Origin: Rudaea sp.
GTDB taxonomy: Bacteria > Pseudomonadota > Gammaproteobacteria > Xanthomonadales > Rhodanobacteraceae
Length of the DNA stretch: 64,000 bases
Direction: 5' to 3'
Assembly: GCA_050737915.1 (NCBI GenBank)
Contig: JBOHYL010000019.1
Coordinates: 6,927 to 70,926 of the forward strand
The position numbers and the translations under genes were made by a program. The notes under the pieces are model-generated. The model saw only the letters and a list, made by a program, of their open reading frames with translations. It was not told the origin of the DNA and ran no database searches. Below are positions 62,952 to 64,000 of this stretch, one piece after another. The first letter of the stretch is position 1. Each line of letters starts with the position of its first letter.

Positions 62952-64000
62952 ATGAGTATTCGACTTCGCTCGCGCATCCTCCCCGCCGGCATCGCGCTTG
63001 CCGGGATTGCTGCATTTTCTATAAGTCCACAAATACACGCGCAAACAGCCAGCACCATGCCGCATGTGTTGGAACTGTTCGGCGTGCTGCCGGCACCAAC
63101 CTACGATCCGTCCAAATCCGAAATACCGCGGCGTCGCCCGGGGCATCCGTACGAACCACTGCCGGAATTCAAGGTGATCAATCCCGATGGCGTGCCGCCC
63201 GCGCCGGTGGATCAGGCCGGGGCGTTCCTGCCGGTGCCGGATCGCTGGCGCATCATGGAAACCCTGGGTTTCAAGTTTCCGTGGTACGACCCGTACAACC
63301 AGAATATCTACAAAGGCGACAAGCCGATCGACGGCAAGGATCATTTCCTCGTCCTGACCGGCATCTCCGACACCTTTATCGAGCCGCGCAGCGTGCCCAC
63401 ACCGGTCGCGCCGCAGAATACCGGGCATGCCGGCGAATTGGGCGTGTTCGGTGGCATCAATCAACTGCTGCTCGCGCAGAACTTCATCGCCAGCGTGGAT
63501 TATTACCACGGCGATACCACATTCAAGCCGCCCGACACCGAATACAAGGCGACGCTCGCGTTCAACTACAACCGCGTCAACGTGCGCGAAGTGCGTGCCC
63601 TGCAGATTGACCCGCGACTTGGCACCAGCCGCGACGATGGCTTCATCGGCGTGCAGGAACTATGGTTCGACAAGCATCTGCGCGACATCGATTCACGCTA
63701 CGATTTCGACAGCTTGCGCATCGGCATCCAGCCATTCTCGACCGATTTCCGCGGTTTCCTGTTCCAGGATTCGCAACCGGGTATCCGCCTGTTCGGCGAC
63801 CGTGACAACAACCGCTGGCAGTACAACTTTGCGTATTTCCGGCGCCTGGAAAAAGATGTCAATTCCGGTTTGAACGACGTGACCCGCGCACCGCGCCACG
63901 ACGATGTCCTCGTTGCCAACCTGTATCGCCAGGATTGGCCGTGGCTGGGCTATACCTCGCAGGCGACAATCGTCTACAACCACAATGACGACAGCACGAT
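62952..64000 (+). CDS. secreted protein of unknown function (signal peptide; possibly outer-membrane); truncated by the window end
   Basis: Absent from the ORF track because it has no stop. My translation from ATG 62952, 1 nt after the upstream TGA, gives MSIRLRSRILPAGIALAGIAAFSISPQIHAQTAST...PDRWRIMETLGFKFPWYDPYNQNIYKGDKPIDGKDHFLVLTGISDTFIEPR...RWQYNFAYFRRLEKDVNSGLND... The frame is open through position 64000. Confidence 0.6.
   Translation, partial: MSIRLRSRILPAGIALAGIAAFSISPQIHAQTASTMPHVLELFGVLPAPTYDPSKSEIPRRRPGHPYEPLPEFKVINPDGVPPAPVDQAGAFLPVPDRWRIMETLGFKFPWYDPYNQNIYKGDKPIDGKDHFLVLTGISDTFIEPRSVPTPVAPQNTGHAGELGVFGGINQLLLAQNFIASVDYYHGDTTFKPPDTEYKATLAFNYNRVNVREVRALQIDPRLGTSRDDGFIGVQELWFDKHLRDIDSRYDFDSLRIGIQPFSTDFRGFLFQDSQPGIRLFGDRDNNRWQYNFAYFRRLEKDVNSGLNDVTRAPRHDDVLVANLYRQDWPWLGYTSQATIVYNHNDDST

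Overview
High-G+C gammaproteobacterial chromosome segment. Gene order and protein sequences look Xanthomonadales/Lysobacterales-like, but this is from memory, with no database search. I support about 50 protein genes and 4 tRNAs, plus several intrinsic terminators and two sigma-32-type promoters. I saw no rRNA, CRISPR array, transposase or integrase.

Most of the window is conserved housekeeping synteny:
- nadK and the large NAD-glutamate dehydrogenase.
- A SahR-like ArsR/methyltransferase regulator followed by a naturally split metH.
- Class III PHA synthase genes phaE-phaC.
- The metY(tRNA-fMet)-rimP-nusA-infB-rbfA-truB-[insert]-rpsO-pnp block.
- rplU-rpmA, uvrA and dapB.
- hrcA-grpE-dnaK-dnaJ.
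- scpA-scpB-rluB.
- The minus-strand run ispG-kdsB-(Trx-NHL)-uvrC-pgsA-tRNA Gly/Cys/Leu.

The candidate for a previously undescribed system is the plus-strand cluster at 55855 to the window end. It has five parts:
- A fusion of an FAD/NAD(P) oxidoreductase, two cyclic-nucleotide-binding domains and a four-cluster ferredoxin module.
- A histidine-rich 5-TM membrane protein.
- An FHA-like, single-TM, ten-CXXCH cytochrome c.
- A lipoprotein made of two GlcG/DUF336-like domains.
- A signal-peptide protein of unknown function, cut by the window end.

The first three genes are 9 and 7 nt apart and the last two are 1 nt apart. I read this as a second-messenger- and phospho-gated transmembrane electron-transfer or redox-sensing module. 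That reading is inference only.

Other points worth a second look:
- An in-frame TAG splits pnp just before its S1 domain.
- A lower-G+C, opposite-strand beta-propeller gene sits between truB and rpsO.
- A repeated AT-rich motif inside GC palindromes flanks rpmA.
- A 576-aa hypothetical protein carries a compressed PilZ-like motif.
- An intrinsic terminator lies inside the Gly-Cys-Leu tRNA cluster.

Many long ORFs in the six-frame track are antisense or 5'-extended artefacts of high G+C and were rejected.
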